A stretch of 61,947 nucleotides of DNA, filler included, from Rhabdomonas costata (taxonomy: Eukaryota), in NCBI GenBank assembly GCA_019059605.1. It is 27 parts of 27 records of this genome, joined end to end, with 100 filler letters (N's around TTAATTAATTAA, not from the genome) between each part and the next. Parts side by side here need not be neighbours in the genome. Positions count along the whole stretch, not along the records: positions 1 to 2,200 come from JAHMHO010004897.1; positions 2,301 to 4,500 come from JAHMHO010004898.1; positions 4,601 to 6,800 come from JAHMHO010004899.1; positions 6,901 to 9,094 come from JAHMHO010004900.1; positions 9,195 to 11,393 come from JAHMHO010004901.1; positions 11,494 to 13,692 come from JAHMHO010004902.1; 21 more parts are not named here. One strand, 5' to 3'. A program made the position numbers and the translations under genes. The notes under the pieces were generated by a model, which saw nothing but the letters and a program-made list of their open reading frames with translations, did no database searches and was not told the origin of the DNA. This document shows positions 1-12,315 of this stretch, in pieces (position 1 is the first letter of the stretch; each line of letters opens with the position of its first letter).

Positions 1-2200
1 GTGTTGTGGTTCGGTCGCCCCCTTGATGTGGTCTTCTGCAGTGTTTTGTATTGTCTCGTTCCTCTGGGAGACAATTTATTATTTCCCAACTAATAGTAAT
101 TAATAGTTTCATCCCCTGCTTTTGCCGCGTGCTTTGACTTCAGTGTATTTTTTGTACCTCTCCATATCAGCTGTTACGGGGATTTTGTCAGAGAGACTAT
201 CTTGAAGTCACTGATTCATGGTCTACCGCTTATTGCTGCTAACGATACGATAAAAATTTAAAGCTACTGATGCAGTGCGCCTTCGAGTTGCTTATCAGAA
301 GGTGTCAGCCCGGCTCCCCACCCCGGGAGGAGCAACGTTGCTTCTCCTCACCAAAGGCAAGGCCACGGGAAATACAGCAACCTGAACGCCGCCTGGATCT
401 TCGTCGCGGCGAGGTGTCGCCTGGCATCTTCCCGCGGGTCGGCAAGTGAAGCGTCCTAGCAGCGAAGAAGAAGAGTGGCGTATCAAGTTGAAATCGGAAG
501 TTACTCTTCTCAACCTCGACTGGAAATGACTTTGGAGAAACCTAGCTCGGATAGATCGCCTTGACGAACTTTATGAGACGCAGAGAGCACGATTTCCAAG
601 AATTCCAAGAAGACGTAAAAACAAGGGCAAATGGTTTTGTTGAATTTGAAGAGAACGAAAACACATGCCACGTGGCCTGCATTTTTATCAGTTCGCTAGA
701 ATAATGCAGAATCCGAAGAATAATTCAGAGACACCACCACCATCATCCCAGTCACAACCACTCAGTAGCAGTGCCCCTTCTCCCACTATCACACGTCGTT
801 AAGAAGTCGTTTTGTCAGGAATGTAATTATGTATTATCTATTTTAGGTATTATGTAATTAATTATAAATTTATTTAAAATTTATTTAAATGTACTTTTGA
901 TTGCTTTCGGGAGACAGAGGAAAAACACCTTGAGCCCGGCAAGTGGGACACACCTCGCGCTTCTCATGATTTTCTTGAAATCCAGCCAGCTTGAGAAATA
1001 ATTTCTTCGGAGTCTTCGGAAAAGATGAACACAAATAACTCCCGCTCACATCTCATGCAACAAAACGTGCAAGATCTGGAAAACGAGAAACAAAGAAGAG
1101 AAACAAACGCGCGATGAGAAACAGGCAAGGAGAAACCAAAAACGACAACCAGGCAGCTTATTTTCCGGATAATTGCCCACCTGTCCAACCACAAACCTGA
1201 TGATAAGAAATCATCGTCTTTTCAATGACCATGGCGATGGTTCCGGCAGGGCGATATGTCCTGTTAGCCTCGCGAGGGCTAAGTCAAAGTGGGCTTGACG
1301 TGGACTGGGGTCTTTTTTTTTTTGCAATTTTTGGATGCGTTTTTGGTGCCGAATGTTCGTGTCTCAATTTTTGGATTAATCACAAAGTTTAACTAACAAC
1401 TCTAGGGGAGCTGTGCAATTGTAGGTGTCCTGTTTTTCACACACAAACACACATTCTCACTCTGTCTTTCCCACCAACATCTTTTTTCACGCGTGTCGCT
1501 GCCGTTACAGATTATGAACCGCGCCTTCCGGAAATTTCCGCAAAGAAACGGGACATTTAAAGCACTGCCACCCAAAATTTTGGGGTCACTTCGATGCTAT
1601 ACTATGACCAGCTTTCCCGGAAAAGTATGGTCCCAACCGCCATCCAACCGTGGCGCAGAGAAGAAAAGCGCCAATCTACAGACCATTGAAGAGTTTCCGA
1701 GAGAAAAACCAAAACCTAGCCGCAGGCAGACCAAAACAGAGAGAGATTTAACCAATAAAATCACTTATTAATCGTGACAACCCTGCAAGCACCCTGTTTT
1801 TTCTCGAGGAATATCTTTTCTGTTTCCAGCTTTCATCCAACTTTTACCTTCTCTGTCACAAGGCAAAGCAATGATTTCATTCCCATTGCAAAGGACACGA
1901 ACTGTACAGGAAGTAACGTGCAAAAAACTAAACAAAGCGCAGCACAATAACAAACAGCAATCAGTGCGGAGGTGGTGGAGAGTTGCGGTTCGCCGGAGCA
2001 GGTGCCGGCTCATCCTTGCCCGGAACAATCACTTTGGTCCCAACCGCAATGTTTTCCACCAGCTTTCCGTCAGGCCCTTTCGTTGGAGGGTTCTATGCAG
2101 GAAAACAGAAACTCAGACCATTAAAAAAATCCACCGTCCTATTGTGAAGAGACCAAAAGGTCACATAGCACAAACCTCAACGTAGACCATGAATTTCTGA

Positions 2201-2300
2201 NNNNNNNNNNNNNNNNNNNNNNNNNNNNNNNNNNNNNNNNNNNNTTAATTAATTAANNNNNNNNNNNNNNNNNNNNNNNNNNNNNNNNNNNNNNNNNNNN
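2201..2300. other. Artificial contig linker N44-TTAATTAATTAA-N44 (first of 26)
   Basis: Identical 100-bp spacer with six-frame stops starts at 2201, 4501, 6801, 9095, 11394, 13693, 15991, 18289, 20586, 22884, 25182, 27478, 29776, 32114, 34401, 36698, 38995, 41285, 43582, 45879, 48176, 50474, 52769, 55065, 57361 and 59653. Confidence 0.99.
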
Positions 2301-2706
2301 GGGGGGGTAGGGAAACCGTCACGCGCGAAGAAAAAAACACAAGACACGAAAAGACCAAAGAGGAGGAGGGGCAAACGACAAAGATGTTGCGGAATCGCAC
2401 AACGACTACACTCCGAAACGTACCCTGCCTTTCCCGATACTTTTTCTACTGAAATGCACAAAAGTAGATGGAACTTTCTTTTGCCTTTTTGCCTACCCCC
2501 AAATCATTTCCACTGACCTTCCAACATTGCTTTCAGGAGAAAGACAGTGAAGCATGCGCCTCCAAATAGTGAAATCTCGCGTGGGAGGAAACTATGGAAA
2601 CAAAAAAGCACCGTGAAGGCGAGCACGACTTAACAAGCGCACTGTATGTATTTAGCAAAGGTACGTGTTTTCCGATGCAACGTGCGTTGCATATAAATAG
2701 CCCTAC

Positions 2707-4284
2707 CTGTGCAGCCTGACAACGCGAACGTCCCGTTGGCAGTAGCGCAGCTCGCGATTGCGATACCGCTATAGCCCGAGCCGCAGGACAGCCCCCCACA
2801 GCGTTCAGCAGACACGTACCCCGTGCAGCCCGTGCCGTTGTAGGAATACCCCAAGGGCAGCCAACTTGGCAGTGCACAAGTCAAAACTGTGACGTCGAAA
2901 GACACGGTAAAACAGCTCGCAAAAGGGAGCCCTTGGTGGCGAACAGGCGAACATCCCGCATACGTTTCTATTCTAGTCTCCTTGAACTTGTGCAATAACA
3001 GCCTGTAGTAGTGTACGAGAAGAATCGGAAATTAGCATTCTCCGTTCGTCTGCGGCAGCTGCGACTTTCAAAAATGAGTTTCTCTGCTGAAATGCCAGGG
3101 GGTTGTTTGAAACACTTTCCGAATACCGGTGCTTACCCGGGGCTTTTTTGACCAAGATCTTCCAACCCGCGTCCACAGATCACAAAAACGGCAGCCGTAA
3201 ACCGTCTCATTACAACACTCAGGGATCTGGGTGGACATCCAGTAACTCTCGCACCCCCCCCTCCCATTATAAACAACCGCACAGCATGGTGGCACTGACA
3301 ACTGACTCGTTATTGGGTCCTGGACACCCACACCGCGAATAACGAACGCTATTCATGAGTAGCCGTGAGTAGCGTTCACGCAGGTGTTTCTCACACACCA
3401 CCACGGCTGGCTTCGCGTCGAAGTAAGCTGTCCAAGGGGTTCTGCGATCGCATGGAAGCGCTTTACGCCTAGTACTGGGTGCATTTACCATGCACTTGTA
3501 TCAAGTTGCTCTCATTTGACCGATGTATAGACTACAAAAGGTTTTTGTGAGATAGTAGAGGAGAAAGGTAATCGAAAACATTTCTATGTTCTTGGTTGAC
3601 TGGCGAACGGTATTCATGAATAGCGAACGCTCCGCACGGAGTGAATAGCGCCGCTGCAAAAAAGTGAATACAGGGGGAGGGGGGACGAAAGAGTCCATAG
3701 CATTTAATTCCGCCCTACAAAACACACTCCCAACATAACTCCACACACAACCTGGAGATCCGGAAATACGAGTGAGTGTGGGAGGCAATAGAGGAACAGA
3801 GAGGGCACCCGCGTCCCCTCTTCCCCAGAGTGCAGCTGTTCATGCCAGTTTTGGTACCGCCGACGTTGACGAGGTACGTGAACGGCTGGGAAGTCTTCAG
3901 AAACACCCCAAGGCAGTGGGTAATGGTGAACGAGAACAAATCCTGAGTGGCAAAAAAATAAGACGCCCGTTGGCGAAATGAATAGCGGACGCTGCAGAAT
4001 TACCAATCCGCTTCGCTCCCTCGAATCTCCAATGGCGGTAAAAGGTTAGTACACAGTAACCTGTGCCTGAGGAGGACCCGAGATGTTGGCCCAGGGCTGG
4101 TACACAAGCTGCGAGGGCACCACAGAGACCCCCGTGGGGGCGTCCGTGGTGCCGATCACACGGATCTTGTCGATCTCGTGCCACCCCGCGCAGGAGTGGC
4201 AGGTGTCAAACTCCAGCCGCAGTACACTTGTGAGGAAGGCTGAGTGGCACAGCCGGGGCGCTGCGATCGTGTACTTCTGCCGGC
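2707..4284 (-). CDS. Partial multi-exon extracellular protein: FBXL4/pappalysin-like beta domain, Ig-like segment and Cys/Gly-rich repeat
   Basis: Phase-consistent GT-AG exons 4284-4061 (..LRLEFDTCHSCAGWHEIDKIRVIG..LVYQP..), 3942-3858 (DLFSFTITHCLG..) and 2886-2707 (CALP..CGSGYSGIAIASCATANGTFALSGC). Confidence 0.65.
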
Positions 4285-5446
4285 CTGCCAGAGAAATAAA
4301 GCACGAATGGGGACCGGGTTTTGCCCTCGACGTATCTCTGCTCATTGCCGAAAGCAGGCGATTGCCCTCAACGTACCAATTCCCGTCTCAACGAAGACGG
4401 ATATCGTTCGAAGCGCGTAGTGGGCGCAAAACAGAGATGCAAGGTGGGGCAGGAGCTTAGAAAGGGAAGGGAGCAGGGTGCAATATCAATCCCCACACCC
4501 NNNNNNNNNNNNNNNNNNNNNNNNNNNNNNNNNNNNNNNNNNNNTTAATTAATTAANNNNNNNNNNNNNNNNNNNNNNNNNNNNNNNNNNNNNNNNNNNN
4601 TATGTAGCAAAAGCACTGGCAGTTGTGTGACCAAACAAAAATGGAATGAACAAGCTTGGAAGAATGAACAATAAACAGTGAATGCCAATTAACGAAATTG
4701 ATTAGCTCCAACAAAACGCCCCAAAACCGGTCCGTTGTGCATTCACAGCAACAACACAAACACATATTCACATTACACAACACTATCATGGTTATACTTC
4801 AACCCCAGCCGGCTGTTTACCACTGAGCACGCCAACGACATTCTTTCTCTTTGAAACTCATCTAAGGCAATGACCGGTACATAGTACGGAGTTAAGCGGT
4901 CAAGAAAGTAAACCCAGTTGACGAAACCGCCCCGTCATTTGCAAAGGTCGCAATGAAAGTCGCTGTTTTTCTGTATGGACCAAAATGCAGAAACAAAACG
5001 GTATGATTCTTTGTGTTGAGTGCAGGTTTTGATTTATGCGCCGCTAACACCATTTCTACATTTTAGTCTTACGTTTTCAAATACCAGATTCACTTCAGAT
5101 GACTGCAATGAATTCAGCCCTTGCCTGGGATTCGAGATTGTCAGAGGAGGTGCACCGCTTGAAACATAATGGCAGGGCTACAGGGCAGTGCGTGCATGGG
5201 GACAGAGTAGGCCACCCGGTAAAATACCAACTAATAACAGACTGTTCGATTCAGATCAAGCTTAACGGAAAACTACCAGTGCCGCCAGGTTTTTTGTTTT
5301 TCGTAGTTTTTTTGCGCTTAGGTGCCGATGTGTACCGTGCCAGTGTGACAATTTTAAACCCTTATGCTCGCTAAAATACAACGGGTATTCTAGAGAGCAT
5401 CGCATCGTCAACCCCCCACCAGCTCCCGCAGACAAACAGACCAGGT

Positions 5447-6006
5447 TTATTCCTCAGCTCTCAGCTCCAGGTTGTTTGAAGCAAACAAACCATTCTCGTT
5501 CTTGCTTATAATCTGAGGCAAGTATTCCTCCTTGCCGCCACAAAAGATACAGTCCTTAATGGAACAGTAGACCTGCAGAAAGGGAAAAGTAAAAATTGAC
5601 GAATCATAAGCACATATGTCAACTTGCGGGAGAGAATGCATCAACAGAGATCTTTCACACCTATGGGGTGGGCGGTTAAGTTTATGGTGTTCGGCAATGA
5701 TTTGCAAACTCAAAAAAATAAATTAAGGGTTGAAAAAGAAAGCCTTTCGACGCGCTGATAGGATCCGATCAAAATTTGGCACTTTGATTGCGTCAGGGAC
5801 CAAAGTCCCAAATACAAGATTCCTATTACATCATCATTATTTCGACCTCGTCCTACACAAAGCACTTTTTCTAAAACCGCGCAGGCTTCTTTGGGGTTGA
5901 GCGGGGATTCCACAGCGCCACGCACGTTTAGCTCGAGCGGCGCACTGAGAGAAGCTATCGCAGTGGGTTGCAAGTGACGAAGCTCGTCTCCGTGAGCCGC
6001 AGTGAC
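5447..6006 (-). CDS. Hypothetical protein, last two exons
   Basis: Exons 6006-5878 and 5572-5447 join in phase 0 via a GT-AG intron with a polypyrimidine acceptor and end at TAA. No family recognised. Confidence 0.45.
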
Positions 6007-6180
6007 CTGCGACGTGAGACGAACAGTAGGGGCATGATGCGCATCTGTTGCTGAAAGGACGGCTGAAACCCACACTTTGGACTGAGAGAGAATCTTGTAG
6101 CCATCCCAAACCAGTTGATGTTGGGTGCGTTGCAGTTCGGTGCAATGAAACATCTTCATCAGAGTTGGGCAGCAGACTGT

Positions 6181-6315
6181 GTGTTCCCGTAACCAAAACG
6201 AGATACGAGAGTAGTGTTGGGTTTATTATACACGGAAAAAAAAGGAAAATGTCTGTTCCCGTAACGAAACGTAGTGTAGTGTAGGGTTTATATACGAGAA
6301 AAACGGGAAAATGTC
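6181..6315 (+). repeat. Imperfect tandem duplication (two units of about 60-70 bp)
   Basis: tgttcccgtaac..aaacg..gtagtgt.gggttta..tac..gaaaaa..ggaaaatgtc occurs twice in tandem. Confidence 0.7.
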
Positions 6316-7422
6316 CGTGTGTGTGTGTGTCTGTGAGTAGACTTTTTGCGCTTTGAGAGTAGTCGGCGTTTCAAGCCTCCGTAGGGCCTTCAAGCCCCAG
6401 GTTTGTGGAGGTGGGCTATCCGATGGAAAAATTCCGGGGCAAAAATTCGACGACTTTATAATTTTTCGAACCTAATACCCCCTCATGAAAAATTTCAAGT
6501 TTTGGGCCCGCGGACATTGCCGAATGTTTTTCTCCAAAAACGCTAAAAATCGTGTTTTTGGACCATAGAACGAAGTAGTCTTCGAGTCCAGCCCGGAAAA
6601 GGTGACGTATCCCCCCATTTTCGGGGTGGTAGGACACGAAAAGCGCGGTTTCGTGCTTCGATTCGACCATCTTGACGCTGAAAACGCCGATTTTTGGTCG
6701 AATTTAGGACCTTTTCGAGGCCTGCCTCGGTGGTACCATGTAAGGGTCGAAAATGGGGTGTCCGGGGTGAAAAAATCGACCCTCCGGAAATCGACCCAAC
6801 NNNNNNNNNNNNNNNNNNNNNNNNNNNNNNNNNNNNNNNNNNNNTTAATTAATTAANNNNNNNNNNNNNNNNNNNNNNNNNNNNNNNNNNNNNNNNNNNN
6901 TGCGCTGTTTTCAATAATAGAGCACACAAACATCAACGTGCAACAGCCAGACACCTTCGCCCATCGGAGCCTTTGGGAAGTGGGGGGAGGGTGTGACGCT
7001 GTTGTGCAATACGCCAGCGATACAGCCCAAACTGGCGTTGTACGCTCATGGGCTGAAAAATCACTGGACACAACGGACAGTCAGTCCTCTTCCACACAAG
7101 CAACATATCGTATCGTAATCTCAAAGAAAAGCCTTACTAAGCCTACTTGTGGCAAATGCTGATGTCGGGGTGGTCTAAAAAAAACAAGCTGCCAACCTTC
7201 TTCATGGGTTACACTGTTGGTGTGAGATTTCTGTGAGATTTCTCCCATGCTCCCCACACTCCCGTTATTAGCTCGGGGACAGATGTGGAAACTCGGCTTG
7301 TGCTGACACGGCAGGGCAGAGGCGTGACAACCGGGGCGGTTCAGTTTGTGGGGTTGGGGACCTCGACGAATGAAGTGTCTCTGAGGCCGAAAGGAATCGA
7401 TGTCTCGTTTGGGCGCACACAG

Positions 7423-8219
7423 ATGCGGAAGATGCCTGGGCCAAGCTGTGCGCCTTCCCCGGTACTGTGCACTGGGTATTGACCGACCTCAACCTGAGTG
7501 GGCCGATGAACGGGCTGCAGCTGGCGGCGAAGATCCGATCTGAGGGGCCTTCGACTTCATCACCGCTAGCGCCTGTGCCGATGAGCGCGTGTGCCCACAC
7601 ACAGCATGTACCGGTGATCACTGTGCTGAGCGGGGACTACGGGGAGGACATTCGGAACAGCTGCCTTCAGGTTTCCTATTTGGTGATGTGGCTGCGTCCC
7701 AACCTGTCTCTTCGATTGGTTTGTGGCTTTCGAGATTCGAGAGTCATGCAGGATTTAGGTGGGAGTCCTTTCCTTCGCTTCGTATCCATATTTGTTGCAG
7801 CTGAATAGTGGAGGAAAAGGGAGAGAGGTACGTGGATATTCAAAACACACTCCTCTCAAGCGCTGGAAGTGCAGTGTGTTATTTAACGGCTCCGCCATCG
7901 GGTTGTGTCGGTTGTTTCTTTCGTACCAATAAGAGAGGTGCGCCGGGGAGAGGTGGGAAAATTATATGAAAACACAAGGCTTTTTGTCCAGCAGCGCCGT
8001 GGGCGCAGATAGTCAGAAATTCACCCCAAACTTTGAAAGGTACTGATAGGTTTTCAGCAGAGGTTGCACGACTCCGTTTCCTCAGAAGACGTCGTCATAA
8101 CTCTTTGGCAGGCTGGCGTGGACTCTTTCCTATGCAAGCCCGTGATCCGTGAGCAACTTCTGGAGACCGCGATGCTCTCTCTCTCCCGGATGAGCTTCCC
8201 CCCGTCCGCTCCATTGTGA
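7423..8219 (+). CDS. C-terminal response-regulator receiver domain (likely hybrid histidine kinase or RR), last two exons
   Basis: Exon 7423-7670 reads DAEDAWAKL..WVLTDLNLSGPMNGLQLAAKIR..VPVITVLSGD..SCLQ and exon 8112-8219 reads AGVDSFLCKPVIREQLL..*. The phosphoacceptor Asp, the Ser switch and KP are present, with a GT-AG phase-0 join. Confidence 0.85.
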
Positions 8220-9686
8220 AATCAGAGTGTTGGTCGTCGTAGGTGGTGATGGACAGCGGTCTGTGACAATCACTTTCTCTCATCTCTCTCTTTTGGTTGT
8301 GAAATATGGAATTCTGACGAATGGTTGCGCGGGACATCGTTCATCTGTACTGCCCTTGCTTGAAAGCCTTTCACTGCAACGTTGATCTCTCTCTCTTTCT
8401 TCTCTTTGTCTTCTGCACAATTAAAGAACTTGCAAGCCTGTTTACAATCAGCAAAACCCCCCCCTCTCACAGTGCTATCCCCGCATTTTGTGTGCTTCGC
8501 GTGTACAGATCGGCATGTCCAATTTTCCTTTGCCTGTTACTGCCGCAGCATTGGTCATTGCCGCAGTTAGCTCAAAATGACCTAATTCACTTTGTTATCC
8601 CTGTCGGCCGTGTGTTGCTCCCCGTTGGCAGCTGATACTCGCTCCACCTGTTCATGCCCCCCCCCCATTCACCTATTCTTCTTTCATGTGAACCGCTGTA
8701 CATATTCTCCATTTCGAATGCTACCTCTCGTACCTACTACGGCTCCTGCTTCTGAAATGGCTTTCCCCATTTTACGATCAACCTTCTTGCTTGTCGATCC
8801 CGACGAACCGTTTTGCTCCTGTGGCGCAAACCACCCTCCCTCCTTTGTATTGCGGTGGTTGCGGTTCTTGCCTGCTGCCGCGCCAGCTGCCGCATTGCAT
8901 CTGCTCATTCTCATGCCTGCCCGTTGCCAGGAATCGCACTGCCTCCTCCGATCTTATGTCGCACTCTCCCTGCAGTTTGCGCGTCACTACTGTTCTTTTT
9001 TTTTTGCGTGTTCAGATTTGTCTCAGATAGTTGGTTTCAGCAATTTTTCCCTTTTGGTTTTTGGAATAGCGTCACGAGTGTCTGTGGCTTTGACNNNNNN
9101 NNNNNNNNNNNNNNNNNNNNNNNNNNNNNNNNNNNNNNTTAATTAATTAANNNNNNNNNNNNNNNNNNNNNNNNNNNNNNNNNNNNNNNNNNNNGGGGGG
9201 GGGTGGAATTGAAGACGAAATTAGGAATCAAAGCTCAAAGTTATAGCACGTTACACCGTAAACTGGGAACATGTGCTTTTTTCTATCCTGAGTAACAGTA
9301 AAACGTTCAAAACGATTCGTATGCACACATACGAGCCCAGCGGCATTTTATAGCGTTCCCAAGACTTCAATTGGAATTCTGCGTTTCGGGATGTAACTTA
9401 CCTTACCTAATTTTGCCTAATTTTGGCTATTTTCGAACATCTCATGGCCGTTTTAGGGCAAATTTGACTCTTTTTCGGTGCGAACTGGAGACTTCACAAG
9501 CAAGCAAGTGAAGCTCACAAGAGGGAATTTCATGGGGGAGAACTATGCCTCAGGATCAAAAAGAGGCCTGAGCTGGGAGTGCCTGGAATATCTTTCTGGA
9601 TTATTTGCCTTTTTACTATATAGAGGATCTTAAGTTGAGTTTTTTCGTTTCTTTAGTGTACACAGCATCATAAACCATCCCTCCAG

Positions 9687-9941
9687 GCAAGTTCTTGAGG
9701 TACGAGGGAAAATGTACGAGTTGCTGGCCAGTTGCATCCCCCCGGAGGTTGTGCTACGAAAGCTACTTGACTGCCTGCTGAGCTCTGCCGAGCTGAAGCG
9801 AAACCCCGGGCTGGCCGCCGATGTGGTCCGGCAGGCCGCCACCTACGAGCACGGGCTGAAGGTGGGCTCTAAGCCGATCTTTCACCTGGAGGCGTTTTCG
9901 TGAAGTTTATGTTCCTGTTTAAGCAGGCGCAGGGGCGGTAG
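9687..9941 (+). CDS. RFC3: Replication factor C subunit 3 (yeast RFC5 orthologue), terminal exon with a 1-nt frameshift
   Basis: After the ccctccag acceptor it reads QVLEVRGKMYELLASCIPPEVVLRKLL..AATYEHGLKVGSKPIFHLEAF, and the shifted frame continues VKFMFLFKQAQGR*. This matches the RFC3 C-terminus (HLEAFVAKFM). Confidence 0.88.
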
Positions 9942-11320
9942 GACAGTGGGAGTGGAGTGTATTACGGGATAGTCTTGCCTGTACCTGAGGTCAGTTGTGT
10001 TTTTGTACGTGGCAGTGATGGTTCTTGGAAACTCATTTTTCTGCGGTTAAGGTTGTTCCCAATGGGTCCGCCCACCGTTTCGGAGTTAATTTGAAGTCAC
10101 TGTGGCAATGGAAACGGGACTCACCACTCGTTGGGTGTCAAAGAAGGAACATTATCATACATCAAGCGTTGCGCGCATTCAGTGCGGCGCAAAACCGCCC
10201 ACACGCTCAACAACCAACCGTTCCGAGCGTGCAGATACGGATGTCACTGGTATTCCGGTACCATGGGTGACATGCGGATGTAGGTACACCGGAAAAATTC
10301 CCTTTTCTGCAATAAAAACTTTCATTGTATGTTTTTCTCTGGCTTTGGGGCGTGCTGCTGCCAATTTTCATCTCGAACGTTTCTGACAATAAACTTCGAA
10401 TTTTCGAACTCTAGAGCCTAACCGCCGCATCAGGTGCAACTACTTCTAGATTTTGAAAAATATTCGGAAAATTCCGCATGGCCGCCCAACCATTCCGATC
10501 AGAATTTGCCTCTTTTCCCCTCAAGACTGCTCCAATGGGCTCGCCGCGTAAGCCGCCGCAACTTTGGAGGGAAATGCCGGACCGTCATTGCCTTCGTTCC
10601 GGAAAGTGGGTGACAGCGTTTTGCCCACAGCTTTGGGGACCCCGTTTCAAGGGGAGGACGATTTTGATGCATAGATTCGCGTGGGCTTGGGGGTTTGGTC
10701 CGATTTCCCGCCACAAGCCCCACCCTGAGAAACAAATACCCGTTTTTAAATCCGATATCACCATCCACTTGTCGAACCATTACCGCCTGTCAGGGGTTCA
10801 GCTGCGCACGCCGTTCCTTGACAGTCCCCGCGGTCTCGCCCATGAGTTCCTCCTTTTGAACTCCGAATCGATCTCCGGATGGGCTCAATTGGTAGCCCAA
10901 GTTCTTTGCCGCCGCGCCGTGTTGTTACTGCCGGCTTTCTTCCCATTGGGGTGGCTCCGACCCCTTTCCTTTTTTCCCGGCTGACGGCAAGTGGCGAATG
11001 TTTCATCACGAGCCGCCAACGCTCGATCCGTTTTTACTTGGTTTGGGATTCCCCCACCGCTGGGCCAGCGAAAACTTCCCGCGGAAAAGGTGCACCGCGC
11101 GCACACCTGCCAAGCCACGCGCCCTCTACTACCGGGTGTCGCATATTATGCCCCAGCGGGTGAACGGCACGCCCACTTTGAGGATTAATTTTGTTTCGGG
11201 AATAAATCAACTGATTCCACCTTTGGCGATCGTGGCTTTGCCCAGACACCTAAGGCCATTAGGTGGTGCTCGAATGTTCGCTGCTTCCACCAGCGTCTGT
11301 TGTTCCCTCCGCGCTTCTGC

Positions 11321-11388
11321 TGTGGCTGCTGCTCCATAACATGGGCCCCCAAACTCTTGAGGGCCCATGTTATGGAGCAGCAGCCACA
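11321..11388. repeat. Perfect 28-bp hairpin at contig end (probable fold-back artefact)
   Basis: 11321-11348 is the reverse complement of 11361-11388, with a 12-nt loop, 5 nt from the contig end. Confidence 0.9.
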
Positions 11389-12315
11389 ACAACNNNNNNN
11401 NNNNNNNNNNNNNNNNNNNNNNNNNNNNNNNNNNNNNTTAATTAATTAANNNNNNNNNNNNNNNNNNNNNNNNNNNNNNNNNNNNNNNNNNNNGGTGGTT
11501 TGTTCAATTTCCTGGGTGGCACTTGCAAGGACTCGTTGCAGCAGCCACCAGATTAACTTAACGCAAAAAGTTGCGTATTTGGTCTTCTGTCAATAGCTCC
11601 ATCACTGTGACACGATCTTTCTTCGTGATCCCCTTGCCCTCAAAGAGGGCCATAGCATACCCATGCTTCTCTCGGCAAGCAATGAATGCTTCCTCTACCT
11701 ATTCCTTCCTCTCCCTCGTCTCCCTGGCATCATCTGACTTATCATCTTGCCATTCCTTCGCAAGGTCTATGAGTTCTCTGAGCACATTCCACTGCGATGT
11801 TGAAGGCTATTACTTCAGAGTGTATCTGGCCTCCCTTGTTCGGATCATTGTGCGTAAGCATTACACTTCTCAGTGCCTTCGTACTCTTGTCCATGCGCAT
11901 GTTTAAGGTCGGAATCCATACTAAACAGTTTCCCTGATCCGTCAGGATTTCTGCCAGGCATGGAATTATTACACAGCCTTCAGTAGAAACTTGCTCTTGT
12001 CTCCCACTCGCTACAGCTACATATGTTCCGTCCCGCTGGTTCCATTGGAGTACTGTTGCTCGGTCATGGAGGCATCGAAGTAGCAGTCTCTCGTTGGAGT
12101 GTGGCAGCTTATAGGGATGCGTTTTTCTGGGGCGGATTTGTTTATCTGTTTCATGACTCATAGCTTATGGTTGTATATCCAGGTACAACTATAAGTTACT
12201 TCACAAGGCTCTAAAAGGAGAGAATTTTTTATTTTTCGGGGCAAGTCGAAGTTTGTAGAGATGCCAGCCGAGTCCGGCCAGCGAGCTACCATGCGGTGGG
12301 TGCTGCGGAACAAGC

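Noticed and set aside
295..640. Protein-like + strand frame (EEEEWRIKLKSEVTLLNLDWK*LWRNLARIDRLDELYE..)
   Set aside because: It is interrupted by TGA stops and has no recognisable family. It may be decayed TE sequence, but I cannot support that.
2245..2256. Regularly spaced TTAATTAATTAA as a CRISPR-like or biological repeat
   Set aside because: It is always embedded in N44 flanks and is an artificial six-frame stop linker.
3347..3625. 12-bp inverted repeat (cgctattcatga/tcatgaatagcg) as a non-conventional intron stem
   Set aside because: No flanking coding frame is restored by removing it, and it lies inside an apparently canonical GT-AG intron.
6370..6800. A/T-tract- and TCGA-rich segment as a promoter or bent-DNA element
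   Set aside because: No linked gene or second copy occurs in the window. It is more likely part of an unclassified repeat.
11500..11810. Minus-strand frame with in-frame TAG/TAA suggesting stop-codon reassignment
   Set aside because: TAA, TAG and TGA all terminate recognisable genes here (RBR, RFC3, PRKCSH), and conserved exons have no internal stops. Pseudogene decay explains it.
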